Positions 1-12,746 of a DNA stretch of 64,000 bases are shown here, piece after piece (the stretch's first letter is position 1; each line of letters begins with the position of its first letter). Source of the stretch: Bugula neritina (Eukaryota > Animalia > Bryozoa); assembly GCA_964035545.1 (NCBI GenBank), contig OZ037769.1, positions 1,674,001-1,738,000 on the forward strand. The letters run 5' to 3'. The translations under genes and the position numbers were made by a program. The notes under the pieces were generated by a model. The model was not told the origin of the DNA, made no database searches, and saw nothing but the letters and a program-made list of their open reading frames with translations.

Positions 1-484
1 CGAGGGTGTACCTCTCGCGGTTGACTGGGGGCAAGTCGCTGTACGCGATCTGTGCCAGCTTCATGACCGCGGCGGCATGCTCCCGCAGCGGGGTGCGGGG
101 ATCACGCCGCAACCTCTGCACTCGGGCCCTGGCATCTGTAGCAGAGAGGCCAAAGCGGGCCCGCAGAGAAGCAAAGATATTATCAATGTCTACACCCAGC
201 CCATAAGGCTTGGCTTTGTCCATCAATGCCATTCTAAGCTTCAGCAAGGCCACCCTAGGGGGCCACTGGGCGACGTCCATTACGTCGCTAAACTCTTGGA
301 TAAATTGTTCCACCTCCTCTTCACCCGTGAAGGTGGGCGCCTTTAACCTGTAGCGGTCCTCAGCTAGTTCTCGCGGAACCCTTCGCTCTTCTACTACATG
401 GTTAACAGGCGTTGTCTCTACAGCATTGTCTCTACGCTCACCTTCTATTGCCGGTGGTTGAGTTCCAGCATTCTCAGTCTCCAT
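1..484 (-). CDS. Gag-like ORF of a Ty3/gypsy-type LTR retrotransposon (N-terminal part, runs off the window edge)
   Basis: ATG at 484-482, just downstream of the PBS. Open to position 1: METENAGTQPP...RYRLKAPTFTGEEEVEQFIQEFSDVMDVAQWPPRVALLKLRMALMDKAK...IFASLRARFG. The P-x-F-x-G...F...W...L..AL...A...L..RFG pattern is typical of the retrotransposon Gag capsid. GC-rich relative to host sequence. Confidence 0.85.
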   Translation of the reverse strand, partial: METENAGTQPPAIEGERRDNAVETTPVNHVVEERRVPRELAEDRYRLKAPTFTGEEEVEQFIQEFSDVMDVAQWPPRVALLKLRMALMDKAKPYGLGVDIDNIFASLRARFGLSATDARARVQRLRRDPRTPLREHAAAVMKLAQIAYSDLPPVNRERYTL

Positions 485-496
485 CTTGGATGCACT

Positions 497-514
497 ATCC
501 CACTGCTGCCACCA
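497..514 (-). promoter_or_regulatory. Primer-binding site complementary to the 3' end of tRNA-Leu
   Basis: Minus strand TGGTGGCAGCAGTGGGAT, one base after the LTR end (...TAACA G TGG). Complementary to the ...ATCCCAC(C/T)GCTGCCA-CCA end of eukaryotic tRNA-Leu. Confidence 0.85.
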
Positions 515-515
515 C

Positions 516-820
516 TGTTATAATTTTCAGATTTAGGGTTGATGTGCTATCCAGAGAGTCTATTTATTTACTATAGAACTGCACCAGGATAAGTCGAGTG
601 AACGAGTATATTTTACACACAATTATACATTATAAAAACGATACATTATTTCCAAACAAGTTACACATCTAATCTATTTCACACTCTAGCTTCGACTGAG
701 TTAGCAGCGGGAAACTACAATTGCTGCTAACTATCAACTACGCTAATTGGCTATCCATTGTTCCGGGTCAATTACGCGACCCTACATGTTGTGCTGCTGG
801 TAGTTCCACGAACCACCACA
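516..820 (-). mobile_element. Putative 5' LTR (~305 bp) of the gypsy-like element
   Basis: On the minus strand it starts TGTGGTGG (820) and ends ...ATAACA (516) next to the PBS. AATAAA at 567-562 and a 10-bp inverted repeat at 699-708/723-732. The outer boundary is inferred from the TG...CA rule only; the second LTR is outside the window. Confidence 0.65.
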
Positions 821-2915
821 ATACCACCAGACAAAATACAGGCAGTTTTGACTATCTGCTACCATTTGAAGATGAATCTCATCACATTGTAGTTACTTGA
901 TTTACTTTAGACTTTAAAGTTTAGTCACTGTCAGTAATTACTTGACTCAGAGAGTATTTTAAGTTTAAGTCAACCAGACGACTGCTACATTGTTACTTGT
1001 ATGAACGCAAAAATAACTAGAAAAGGCCTATACCAGTATTATTTTCATTTATAATAAATTTAAACTACAATTATATTAACGCTAACAGTAACAATCAATG
1101 AATAATATAAGCGGTTATCATTAACTTCAAGTCGATCACTGTCACAGTATCAGTATTTCAATTTGTCCAAGTGATAACAACTTAAATTATAATCATCAAG
1201 TGATAATCGACATCGTATTACTTACAGTTACTACTTAGTAAATGCAACACTTATAGTTATACTAATAGTAAATGCAATAGTTATACTTATAGTATTACTA
1301 ATAGTAAAGTAATACTAATACCAATAGTAATGGCAAATTTATTACTTAAAAAAAACTTTTAATTTTACTTTAACTTAAAGTTTTAGTTCAACTTCAAGTT
1401 TAACTTTATGGCGGATACTTAGTGTCATAATATACTAATGAATCTAGGGCCAATAGTAATAGCAACACTAGATATATTATGAATGGCAACAATACTGCGA
1501 CAACGAGAGTAGTAATACTATTAAGAGTAGAACTTTATAAACTTTGCTGTTATTAGAGAAGATTATAGTACTAGTAGTCAATCCAACGTGATACTTATTG
1601 ACTATAATAATGATCGGTGTTCCCGCTCCCGCAATAGCTTGCTAATAATTCCTTTGCATTAAAAGAGCTTTAGTAATATAATTTTAGTTAGCGCCCTGTT
1701 TAACATCGACTTTTATACAAACTGTACAACATAGCCATTATTGCTACTACAGCATCCAAATTTCTTTTCACCAAAAGAAGTGAAAATGTTGAGTTTTTTC
1801 TTATATATTTAGAAAGCAGTGTGTGTATTTCAAAGTTGAGACATTGTTTAGATTTATTAACATTGAGTGATAAGCAATGAAACACAACAGACTCAAAGCA
1901 ATAAACTACTTCATACACAAATGGGTTTTCAACAACTACAACAAACAGTTGGGGTTGAATGTAATTTTACTTAGTCAAATTACATCAGCAATAAACAAAA
2001 TGCAACATGACCAATTTATTATAGCTATTGACAGTCAATAGTTTCGTGGCTGAACTGAACAACTTGAAGTAAATTCATATAAAAGTTGATAAGGAACAAA
2101 AAATAAAAACAAGCATACAAGAGCTGAGTTGGCCGAATGAGAAATCATTATATACAATCAATTATAAACTTGTGCATCAACGTTGACAAAATATTAGAAT
2201 GCTATAATGGAGTGAAAACACTCCTCAGGCTTGTTGCTTAGCAGTTGAGAAAAAAAGGCATTTACATGTAAATACAACGACCAAAAGCAATAACCCAGTG
2301 AAGTCGATTTATCAAACATATAGCAGTGGAGCTGCAATGCATTGTAAGAGAATTTAAAATTAATAAAAAATAAAAAGCTACACAAAATCATTACCGGTGA
2401 AAACCTCATAAAAATGCTAAAATTCTCAAAAACATGTTTTACATAGTAATTTTTGTATTATGACTTTAAATAATATTTTGAAACCTCACGGACTACAAAA
2501 TATTAGGTAACAACTCTGTCCCAATTCTAACTATGGGAAAACTCACCAAGGAGCGGTGCAGTATATCTCTACATAAAACCAACTCACCGCTATCGCTAAC
2601 AATACAAGAAATTGCATAATTTATGGGTTTTCCTTTACCTAGTCACAGCAGAGAGGGGACAACTTCTAAGGCTGAGGTATATAGGTTACAGCTTAGTATT
2701 GGTTCCTGTATAGTTTGAGTATTGGGCACAATGGTTTGTGGGTGGTATTACGCAAGCTTCAATATACTAGTCAGACCACAGGCTACATAGCAACCAGCTA
2801 ACAACCGGCATAGTATTGCATAGTGAAACTCTTCAAAGCTTGATGTGCAACAGCAATACTAATCCTGTACAGTCATTGTTTCCTAGCAACAGCAGTTTCA
2901 CCTTAGTTCCTAGTG

Positions 2916-5900
2916 TCACGCAGTAATACCAAGTCTTGCTAGCTTTGCAGACAGGAAACTGTGCAATACAAACACAAATGGTTTGGGACTGGATTTCATC
3001 TCCAGCTCCTACAACATAAACCATTCTATTGACTAGTGACTGTATAAGTTAGCACCAACATGGCTGAAAACAAGGACAGGAAGTTGAATTAAATGGCTGA
3101 CTCAACTACTATAACGCAAATTGCAGACAATTAAACTATAGAATGGTTCAACATCTCCACTTTTCTCATTTGTATTAATTATTGGCATGGCACTGCACAC
3201 AGCTTCATCGATTTTTGGTACCTAATTATTTCTTATTGTAAATAATAAATAAATTATCAGTGTAAATAATAAATAAAATTTTAAGGTAAACATTAAAAAT
3301 TTTTTAAAGTAAATCCTAGATGAATTTATAGAGTAAATGTTGAATAAATTTTTAGAGTAAATATTATATAGACTTTTGGAGTAAATATGAAGACACATAC
3401 CTTAACCTCTTCGTCAGCGAAAGACAGCCACAGCGTGTTGACTCCGTCATCGGAAGACTTCTTAAGACTGCTAAAAGGGTACTGCCAAAGAACAACTTCC
3501 TGGTTGTTCTCACCAGCAGACGTTAGACTGAATCCGTTCTCGTAGTGTATCTTCAGTGTGGCGTCTCGACTTTGTAGACACACAGCTACAGGAGAACATA
3601 ATACAGCTACAGGAGAATATAATACAGCTACAGAAGAATATAATACAGCTACAGGAGAATATAATACAGCTAGAGGAGAACATAATACAGCTACAGGAGA
3701 ATATAATACAGCTACAGGAGAATATAATACAGCTACAGGAGAATATAATACAGCTACAGGAGAACATAATACAGCTACAGGAGAACATAGTACAGCTGTA
3801 TATTATAGTGAATAAGCAAAATTGAACTTAAACCTAGAGCTTTGATAAAAGAACCAGTTCCAATGTGTTGCTAGGTGTAGAATGTACTAGATAGACTGTG
3901 AACTCACCGCATGTAATTTGCTTGATGATTTGGGCAGCCTGGTGGGCCCCGTTCACCACCTCCTTAGCCCAGATAGCCTGGTCTCTTTGACTTTCCACCC
4001 TGAATGTGTGAGACTCAACGCCTTGATTAGTGCCCGTTCTTGTGCAGAATATATAGATGTCAGTTCCTGAGGCTAGACTTAGTTGCTTCCCACAATGCAC
4101 CAATCTACAAAGTGAAAAGGTCACTCAAACATGTACTCAGTAGCCATAAGTGTGTGTCAATCAGTGTGTATTATATTGAAACAGGAGTACACACTTAATA
4201 CACCTCCCAATGTATTGTGGGATAAATGCTGCAACTATGATAAAGTATTCTAATGAATGAAAAAAAGGCAGATAAACACAACTACTGCTAGTATATGTAT
4301 ACTTTGAAGACCCGGGAGCAAATTTTGTTAACAATATAAAGAACTGACAACTCCAATTGTTGACACTTTATTCTAGCTGTAGTATAAACTAGTTCTTTAT
4401 CTCATCAAACAGTTAATATATGCTACAAATTAAGGCTACAACATAGCCTGTGACCAGAGAAAACAACTCGATATAGACTATATTACTGCAGGTACAACAC
4501 AGTGCACTGCACACACCATACAAACAACATATCATTATATAACAGACAGCAAACATTACTGAAATCAACATGTCTTATGATTTATTGTACATCACAAAGC
4601 TGGCAGAGGCATATGAAAGCTCTCATTTCATTGGACAAACAAGCTGACTGGACTAGACATGACGTAGTCACCCAACATGTATCATGTTGCTATGGTTACC
4701 TTTAATACAAACACTGCAGCATAATAACAAAAGAAAGGATAACTTCACATTAGAGTGTGTTGCATATATTTATTTACCTACAGGCTATGAGAGAATGCAC
4801 CTACAATATGTCAACTATAGCTATTAAGTGTGAGGAGTTGAGAGAAGATAACTACGAAATATGCAAGCTATGCTGATTACAATACCTGGTCGCCAAGAGC
4901 GGGTGACTCTGAATTGGGTTAACCCATTGCTGCTCTGTTCTAGGAACTGCTTTGTATAGCAACAGATCTTTTTCCGTCACACAAGCAAATACGGGCTTCC
5001 ATGTTGGGTTCCCCTCTTTACTATGCACCTGGCAGAAATCACCATAACCAAATATTTGAAACAAACAATATTTTTATAAAAGAACAAATACCAGGCATGT
5101 GATATTTTATTATAATAACTATTTATATACCAGACAGTGTCATTCTCAATTCAATCAAAATACAGACACTATTTCAGTTACTTCACATACAAGCAGAGGA
5201 TACAGTGCTGATTTCCATCTTCTTGTGACATTTTAGACAGAACAGAAGCTAAGGCACCATTCTGACATGACGTACTAATTATCTCAGGAGATGGCAGCTG
5301 ACACTTGACCCTTAGTGGCAGCAGTCAGTTAGCAGTTTACAAGTGATATATTATATATAAGCATTGTAAGATATCTCTGACTGGTAATTGGTAAGAAGTC
5401 TAATTATAGAAGTCTTGAGAAATGTTTGAATAGTTAGTGAGCTACACATGATGTGATGTTTCTACTGCGGCTGCTGCCTGAATACAGCTGCTGCTGGCAC
5501 CACTTGTGGAAGTCTGTAACAGTTGGTAAACTGAAGATCTGTCTACTAGTGTTAGTACAGTGTCTACTAGTATTACTACAGTGTATACTAGTATTACTAC
5601 AGTGTGTACTAGTATTACTACAGTGTGTACTAGTATTACTACAGTGTCTACTAGTATTACTACAGCGTCTACTAGTATTACTACAGTGTATACTAGTATT
5701 ACTACAGCGTATACTAGTATTACTACAGTGTGTACTAGTATTACTACAGTGTCTACTATTATTACTACAGTGTATACTAGTATTACTAGAGCGTCTACTA
5801 GTATTACTACAGTGTCTACTAGTATTACTACAGTGTCTACTAGTATTACTGCAGTGTCTACTAGTATTACTACAGTGTCTACTAGTATTACTACAGTGTA

Positions 5901-8900
5901 TACTGGCATTGCTACATCATATCTGACAGATTTACTATGAGCTGATGGAGAGACCGGTGAAAGGACTGTGTTCAGTTGTTCAAGTGGTTATCACTACATT
6001 TTACCAACAGTTAGTATATTATAACCGAGTAGAAGAAAAGAAACTAAACTTTGTTAGACTGAGAACCTACCTGTTGAGCCAGCCACCCCATGTATTTGAC
6101 GAACCGGGTGCTAGAGATTTGAGACATGGTTTTGTTGGCCTCGGGCAGGGCTACTGAGTGCAGCCTGTTAGCCACGTTCATAGTGAGAGAGTTGAACCAG
6201 GCGCTAGCGGTCACTCTGTCCGGACATTTGAGCACACAGCAACTCTGCCCATCGGGGGCGTGTATTTCTATAGTCAGCATGTCTTTGTCTATCATAGTCA
6301 AGTTCTGACAGACGTAGGTGTTGGTTAGGGGGATAGTGCGCCTGTCCGACCATGTGGATGATTGTGGTGAGGTAGAGGCTGAAGAGCCGGACACATAAGA
6401 GTTTCCGGAGTCGTCCCACCCGATATCTGATAAGGAACTTGTCTTCTTAAAGAATGGAGTTATCTCCCTTAGGAATTTCACTGTAACACAGCATTGCATT
6501 ATGGGAACTTCACTGTAACACAGCATTGCATTATAAGAACCTCACTGTAACACAGCATTGCATTATGGGAACTTCACTGTAATACCACATTGCATATGGG
6601 ACCTTCACTGTAACACAGTATTGCATTATGGGAACTTAACTGTAACACAGCCTTGCATGACGATGAGTGACATTGCTGAAGTAAGGATTAGAGGTCAATG
6701 ATAAAAATGAGGATAGAAAATGGGGGAGAGTGGGAGAGGGGTGGATGAATTATAGAAATGTCAGTATCTAAATAATCTCATCAAAAAAGTATAATAAAAC
6801 ACACATTAAAACAGTTTTCAGGGAATAATGCAAACCCCTTATGCCAATAATACTATACAATATTTACCGCTCAAAAAATGTCTTAGTTTAGAAACTTTCA
6901 AGAATAAATTTATACAAATAAAAATAGCCATAAAATGAACTTCATGGAACTGAGGCTATATATAAACCGTGAAGAGGGGAGAAAACTCCCCTTTTATGCA
7001 GAGCCTCTATATTAGTGCAAGTGGACTGAAAGATAACTAGAGAGATATAAATGACGTGTAAATCTCCGCCATACATATGTAGTACGAGAAGACAACCCTA
7101 ACACACGGTTCTGTAGCTTACTAAGTAAGAATACCAGTACATAGACTGAGTTATTAGGCTGGTGGGTTAAATATGATGGGCATGTGATACCCTCCAAACA
7201 CACACTGGACTTTAGTATAGCTAGAAAATACACATGAATAAAACATAGGCAAGGAATTGCATAACAATGTACTCATATAAATATATATCTAGTACAAAAA
7301 TAAGTTTAGTATATAAATAGTGCTTCTTCTTACAGCAAAATGTTAAATCAGCCAATCAGCTGCTATTCCAATTAATAAGATTATGTTGAAGATAAAACCT
7401 GATGTTATTTATATAGTATTTTAATGAGTACTTCTTATGCTACTAGATGAAGGCCTATTATAATAAGAAAAATAAGTTCCATTAGAGGCAAAAGTTTATG
7501 TATGTATATGTACGTACAAATGAGTATAATATGTACGTATATATGAGCATAATACGTACGTATATATGAGTATAATATGTACGTACAAATGAGTATAATA
7601 TGTACGTATACATGAGTATATGTATGTGATGAGGTCTCAGAAAGGTGATGGTGGAAGACTATTGTATTATGGGAATGTTTAGAGTGAAAATACATCAGCC
7701 AGGGTTGACACAAAATAGCCTAGAAACTAACATCTGCAGAGGGGGAGAGTAGAAGATTTACTTTGGAAGCTGAAGTGTCAAATTACTTTGTGGCACCTGG
7801 AAGCAGGTATGTGTCAAGTGATTTAGCGCATGCTGACATATTGGCTGAGAGTTGTGAAGCACTGCTAATGCTGACTGCTGCCACTGAATGGCTTCTCAAT
7901 TACTCCGAGTGCACTACTAAGTATTCAGTCTGGTGACTGAGATTTAGAGGAAAAATCAATTATGAATATAAAATAATTTGAAGAAATCTTGCAGAAGACA
8001 AGTGTGTGTGACACATAAATACAGCTGTGAGAACATGAAAATAAATTCATATCTTACTGATAATAAGGGGGGTGTAATGGAGGGAAACCATGACGCAATG
8101 GTATGTTAGCTCACATGTTTGCATGAGTGATGTAGTAACATACACTTCAGTGGGCTAATTCACACCCATCTAGTAGTAGTTGAGGATCAGAGTGATAAGG
8201 AGAGTAGAGATGCAAGTGATAGAGAGGGGCTAAAGGTGAGCACACTGCAGTACAGGGTGTTACAGCCTACTGCATGGTAAATGTACATTAACCAAAAATC
8301 AATGACATTGGGCAACTTGTTATAAATATACATAACACACTTATAAGCTGCCACTCATTGATTAAATGGTGTACAGAATGTTGCCACTATTGGAGATGTG
8401 AAAGTCAATAACTGAATCAATGCCTGGCAGCAATCTGGCTGACAGCATAATATTTTGATAATCTGCCTGTCAATTTGAAAGGAAACATTTTTGGGAGAAT
8501 CACAACACAAAGGTACTGACCTTCCAACTCTACCACCTTCCCGGCGTTCTTCAAACAGCCGACAGCCTCGTCGTGTGAGGCGTGACGTAAATCTTGTCCA
8601 TTCACGGAAAGAACGGCATCACCTACATACAACTGTTTGGTCTTGTCAGCCGAAAGCCCTTTGAATATTTTACTCACAATAATCGGCATTTTATTCTCTC
8701 TGCCTCCTTTAATGCTGATACCCAGTCCGTTGTCCTCTTTAACAACTCTCACCACCCGCCTTTGCCCAGTTATTATCTCGCTGGGAAATTCCGACTCGGG
8801 TCTAACACCCGGGAGAGGCGAGTCGGCTGTGAAGAAGTGTACGGAATCCTCGCCGTCAGTACAACTAGAATTAGGGGAGACAACTCCCTCTGTATGCCGA

Positions 8901-9118
8901 GGGGAAAGCTCGGCATTTCCATTACGATAGTTGATATTATCATAAGAAGGAGATTTTGCGCTCGATAAAGCTGCTTCGGGTGGTTGAAGTCTAGAGATTT
9001 GGTCTTCCGATCTCATCACTAGCACTAAAGAGCTGTCGGTAAGCGTGGCAGCGACAGGGTGCCATTGCTGCCGCACGTACAGTTGGAGTAAGCTGGTTCT
9101 ATTTGCTAATGCTGCCAT
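2916..9118 (-). CDS. SNTB1: Syntrophin, alpha/beta (Syn1) type: split PH1 + PDZ, PH2, SU domain; ~541 aa
   Basis: Exons 9118-8521, 6480-6071, 5028-4886, 4104-3908, 3585-3401, 3008-2916; all GT-AG, phases consistent, total 1626 nt. PDZ: [54 protein letters not shown]. Also [37 protein letters not shown] and C-terminus [23 protein letters not shown]. Confidence 0.95.
3582..3798. repeat. 21-bp minisatellite (~10 copies) overlapping the syntrophin exon 5 acceptor
   Basis: Unit ACAGCTACAGGAGAAYATAAT; the minus-strand unit contains CTCCTGTAG|CTGT, the acceptor itself. Confidence 0.95.
5542..5905. repeat. 21-bp intronic minisatellite (~17 copies), syntrophin intron 2
   Basis: Unit ACTAGTATTACTACAGTGTNT; explains three overlapping low-complexity ORFs. 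Confidence 0.95.
6472..6658. repeat. 32-bp minisatellite (6 copies) overlapping the syntrophin exon 2 acceptor
   Basis: (C/A)ACTGTAA cores at 6479, 6511, 6543, 6575, 6606, 6638; the minus-strand unit carries TTACAG|TGA. Confidence 0.9.
7495..7628. repeat. Degenerate tandem repeat (ATGAGTATAATATGTACGTA-like), syntrophin intron 1
   Basis: About 5 imperfect copies of roughly 23-25 bp. Confidence 0.8.
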
Positions 9119-10358
9119 AATATGTAAACCATTTGCTTTAGCAAATCTTTAGGAGAGTAGTTTATGCATTGAAGCTCGCATATTTCTACAAGAGAAAAGT
9201 CTGTTGTGAAAATTTTACAAAACATTGCCACAGAATATAATACAATTCTTAATCATTCAATTTGAATTCTAAATTAAAAATATTTTCCTTTACTTAAACA
9301 CTAAAACGAAATGTAAAAAAAAACTAAAAGAATCACGACTAAAAACATACTTTAATGTTTTATGAAGCACCATTGGCATTAGAAGTTGTCTGAGCAATTG
9401 CTTTAGATCAATAAATTACAGTTGTTCACATTTTTTAGTACTACTGGTAGTAGTAAAATTACCAATACTAATAGTACTACTACTGCTACTACCAATACAG
9501 ATACTAGAAGTACTAGTACTAGTTGAAAATGAAAGAGTACTGGTAGTAGTAGAAGCACTAGCACCTCTGGCTCTACCATTAGTAGTACTAGTAGTAGTCT
9601 GAGAATTAGTGATATTAATGCTAATTAACTAGTTTAACATTAAGTTTAATAATAATTGATTAGTTTTAAAGCTATAATTATAATATTAATAAAAATCATT
9701 AATTAATAATTATAATTATAAATATTAATATATTTATAATAATTTCTTAGACTTAGACACTTACTGACTTAGAGTTAGTGATTATTATTTTAACTGTGAT
9801 TACTGTTTATAATCATTATGATTAGTAATCACAGCTGAAAAAATATATATAATTACTAAAATGCTATTACTCTAACAGGTAGATACTACATAATCAGTAC
9901 ATAACCACAGTAAAACAGATAACATCCAGCAAACCAGTGCCCTATTCACCGACCTAACTCTTTATGATTAACCACTAAACAGAAACTAACCCACCTAGTT
10001 TCAATGTGAAAGCGGAAATTGCTAAAATACTGCTAAACTTTACGATTACTAATTTGTTATGAATAAAGCACAATAATTATTCTACATAAAAGTTATAATT
10101 GTTTTAATTACAATTTTTTTTAAATAAATGCAAATAAATGTTTTTTTCAAGTATATAAATAATAAAATTTTGTGAGTTAAAAATGATCCGGTCAAGGCCC
10201 ATTTCCATTTCCTGTCCTCCTAATAAACTGAAGCTGTAGCTTCCATCTAGTTCTACAAGTACAACCACAAGTATAAACAACTGCAATGACTTTATAACAG
10301 TATTTGAAAATTCAATCTTGTCAATTCTTTCAGTTGAGTTGAAATTTGAAAAATTGTT

Positions 10359-12127
10359 ATGTCAAAGCAGTGTGCTTGCAAAGGAATAAGGCGTTGCTTA
10401 TTGTGTGAGGATATACTGAATTCAAATGAAAATCAAAATGAAAAGGTATCACTATCAGTATCAGTGAATGTATCAGACTCATCTCAGTACCTGTGTGTCA
10501 TAGCTTGGTGAGCTTGAGATTCAGATTGAGATATTCTAATATAATACCAATATTTAGTTTATATTTTATAGTTAATTTATAGTTATTGACTACTGAAATG
10601 CCAATAATTCTTTGACTCCAACTGGTTGATGCATTTAGTATTTACTGTTTAGTGATTTACTGTTAGTGTTTACATGCCCATATCCTAATTTTTTCATATA
10701 ATTTAAGTTATAATAAATTAATTATTACATCTAGTTTTATATGGATAATAATGATTGTAATGAATATGATACAGCGAAGTCGTTTAAAATTTTAAACTAT
10801 TTTAAATCAGTAAGTGTAACTCACTAACTGTAAGACTAAGAGGCAGAGCTAATGTCACAACGTGTTGAACAATATATTTCGCTTTTACTTTTAGGGTGAA
10901 TTCACTAGTGACATATGGTACTACTGTATGTTTTGTGGAAACAAAGCTTACAGAGAAAACGTGAGCCATGAATACCATCCGGACTCCTCGGAATTTATAC
11001 TTATCGATGGTAACTAAATCTTATTAGTTTGTCACTAAAGTTACTAGCTGTGTGTCTGATGAAATTTATTTACTCTTGTATTTCACATTTCAGACAAGTG
11101 AGGTAAAAATTACTCAGTTAATAAGGTGACTTCATTAAAGATATTTTAGTTATAAATCTTACCTTTAAACCCAGTCATTTTATTCATAGTAACTGTGGTT
11201 TTGCAACTTTATTTTGGAGTTGTCTTGTAGTTGTTCTACAACATAGAGTAAGATAACTCCACAATAACTAAATGTTGCTTGTGTCTCAACACTCTATCTG
11301 TTATAAACACCATATTTATAGATACAACAACTGTAATTGTGTATAAAATGAAGTTCTAATTTTGTTCTTTTGTTTTCAGATATCACAAACTTCACATCAA
11401 TTTTTACGATATACTATATAGTCTATACGACACACTTTATGATATACTATACGATGTACTTTATGATATACTATACGATGTACGTTATGATATACTATAT
11501 GATATACTTTATAATACAGGAGTTTATGTAGAAACCAACTTTGTTTCTGAAGAAGAGGAAAGTCTGCTATGCCAAGGCATCGATCAGATTCCGTGGGTTG
11601 ACTCACAGTCAGGCAGACGGAAACAAGATTTCGGTCCAAAAGTCAACTTTAAAAAGAAAAAGATTCGTCTAGACACATTCAAGGGTTTTCCTGCCTTTTC
11701 CAGATTTATTATAGATAGAATGAAGTCTGTAGATAAGTTGGCAGACTTCTTAGCTGTAGAAATGTGTAACTTAGAGTATGTGCCTAGTCGGGGGTCTGCC
11801 ATCGACCCGCATTTTGATGACTTTTGGTTGTGGGGTGAGAGACTAGTGACAGTGAATCTACTTTCTCACACATGCTACACTCTCAGTCAAAAAGACTCTA
11901 ACGCCAGGGTTTTGGTCTCGCTGCCGAGACGCTGCCTCTGTGTGCTCGCCGCTGACGCCAGATACAAGTGGATGCACGCAATAGAAAGACATCATGTGAC
12001 CTCTCGTAGACTCGGTATAAACATTAGAGAACTTACAGAAGAATTTCTAGAAAATGGTTCTTCTTGGCCTGTAGGCAATGGGTTATTGGAAAAAGCAAAA
12101 CTAAATTTCCCAACTAATGGCAACTAA
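10359..12127 (+). CDS. ALKBH4: Alpha-ketoglutarate-dependent dioxygenase AlkB homolog 4; ~269 aa
   Basis: Exons 10359-10445, 10895-11009, 11520-12127 (810 nt). N-terminal CACKGIRRCLLCE; SQSGRRKQDFGPKVNFKKKK; CNLEYVPSRGSAIDPHFDDFWLWGERLV (HxD); ARYKWMHAI; RRLGINIREL. AATAAA near 12184. Confidence 0.96.
11405..11516. repeat. 24-bp minisatellite abutting the ALKBH4 exon 3 acceptor
   Basis: GATATACTATA cores at 11441, 11465, 11489; decays into ...ATAATACAG| at 11519. Confidence 0.85.
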
Positions 12128-12746
12128 TATTTTGAATACTAAAAATAATGCATTTTATTTTTAGCAGACATTTTATTACTAGAAATAAATAAATAAGTAA
12201 ATTGAGGTACAAGTATAATTTGAAGTTTTTGTATTTACACTCTTCTATCTGTAATAATTCCATCATAATAGGTCATGTGATGCGTAAGGCACTAAGTTAA
12301 CCCACACACTCTGTACAGTGGAGTATGTTCATATATTGCTTTCTTTGTAGCATACAATCGATATGCGTCATCATTTGTGCAAAAATAACTATTTTTATAA
12401 CAAAATTATGTTACAAGTACAAAAATATAAATAGTTTTTAGATTCTAACAAAGACTGGATAGACTGTAAAAATGACTGAATATACAACTATAATATATAA
12501 TCATATGATATAATAAAATGTTTAATACAAAATGTACATTAACTAAAGACAAAAATTGCAAATGCACAATACAAAATTTGTAGAATTGTTTTTAAAAAAC
12601 CGAGATGTAGCTCATGCAGTATCTGCATATGAACTTTAGTGATTGACTTGTAGCGAATAGGAATACTGAGTGAAAATTGCAAAGTGACTTAGTTTTGTTC
12701 TCGTAAGAGTTGCCCGCACTTGACAAGTACTTGACAAGTTGTTATG

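Noticed and set aside
6-346. Plus-strand ORFs at the window start
   Set aside because: Antisense shadows of the GC-rich gag frame.
3510-3825. Coiled-coil-like (LQENIIQ)n ORF and overlapping repeat ORFs
   Set aside because: Translations of the 21-bp intronic array, antisense or out of frame with syntrophin.
5442-5940. Mucin-like Thr-rich or hydrophobic repeat ORFs
   Set aside because: 21-bp intronic minisatellite; syntrophin exons 2 and 3 join in frame without it.
12128-12746. Antisense overlap of the convergent ALKBH4 and NtA/EGF 3' UTRs
   Set aside because: ALKBH4 has AATAAA about 60 nt after its stop; overlap cannot be shown without transcript data.
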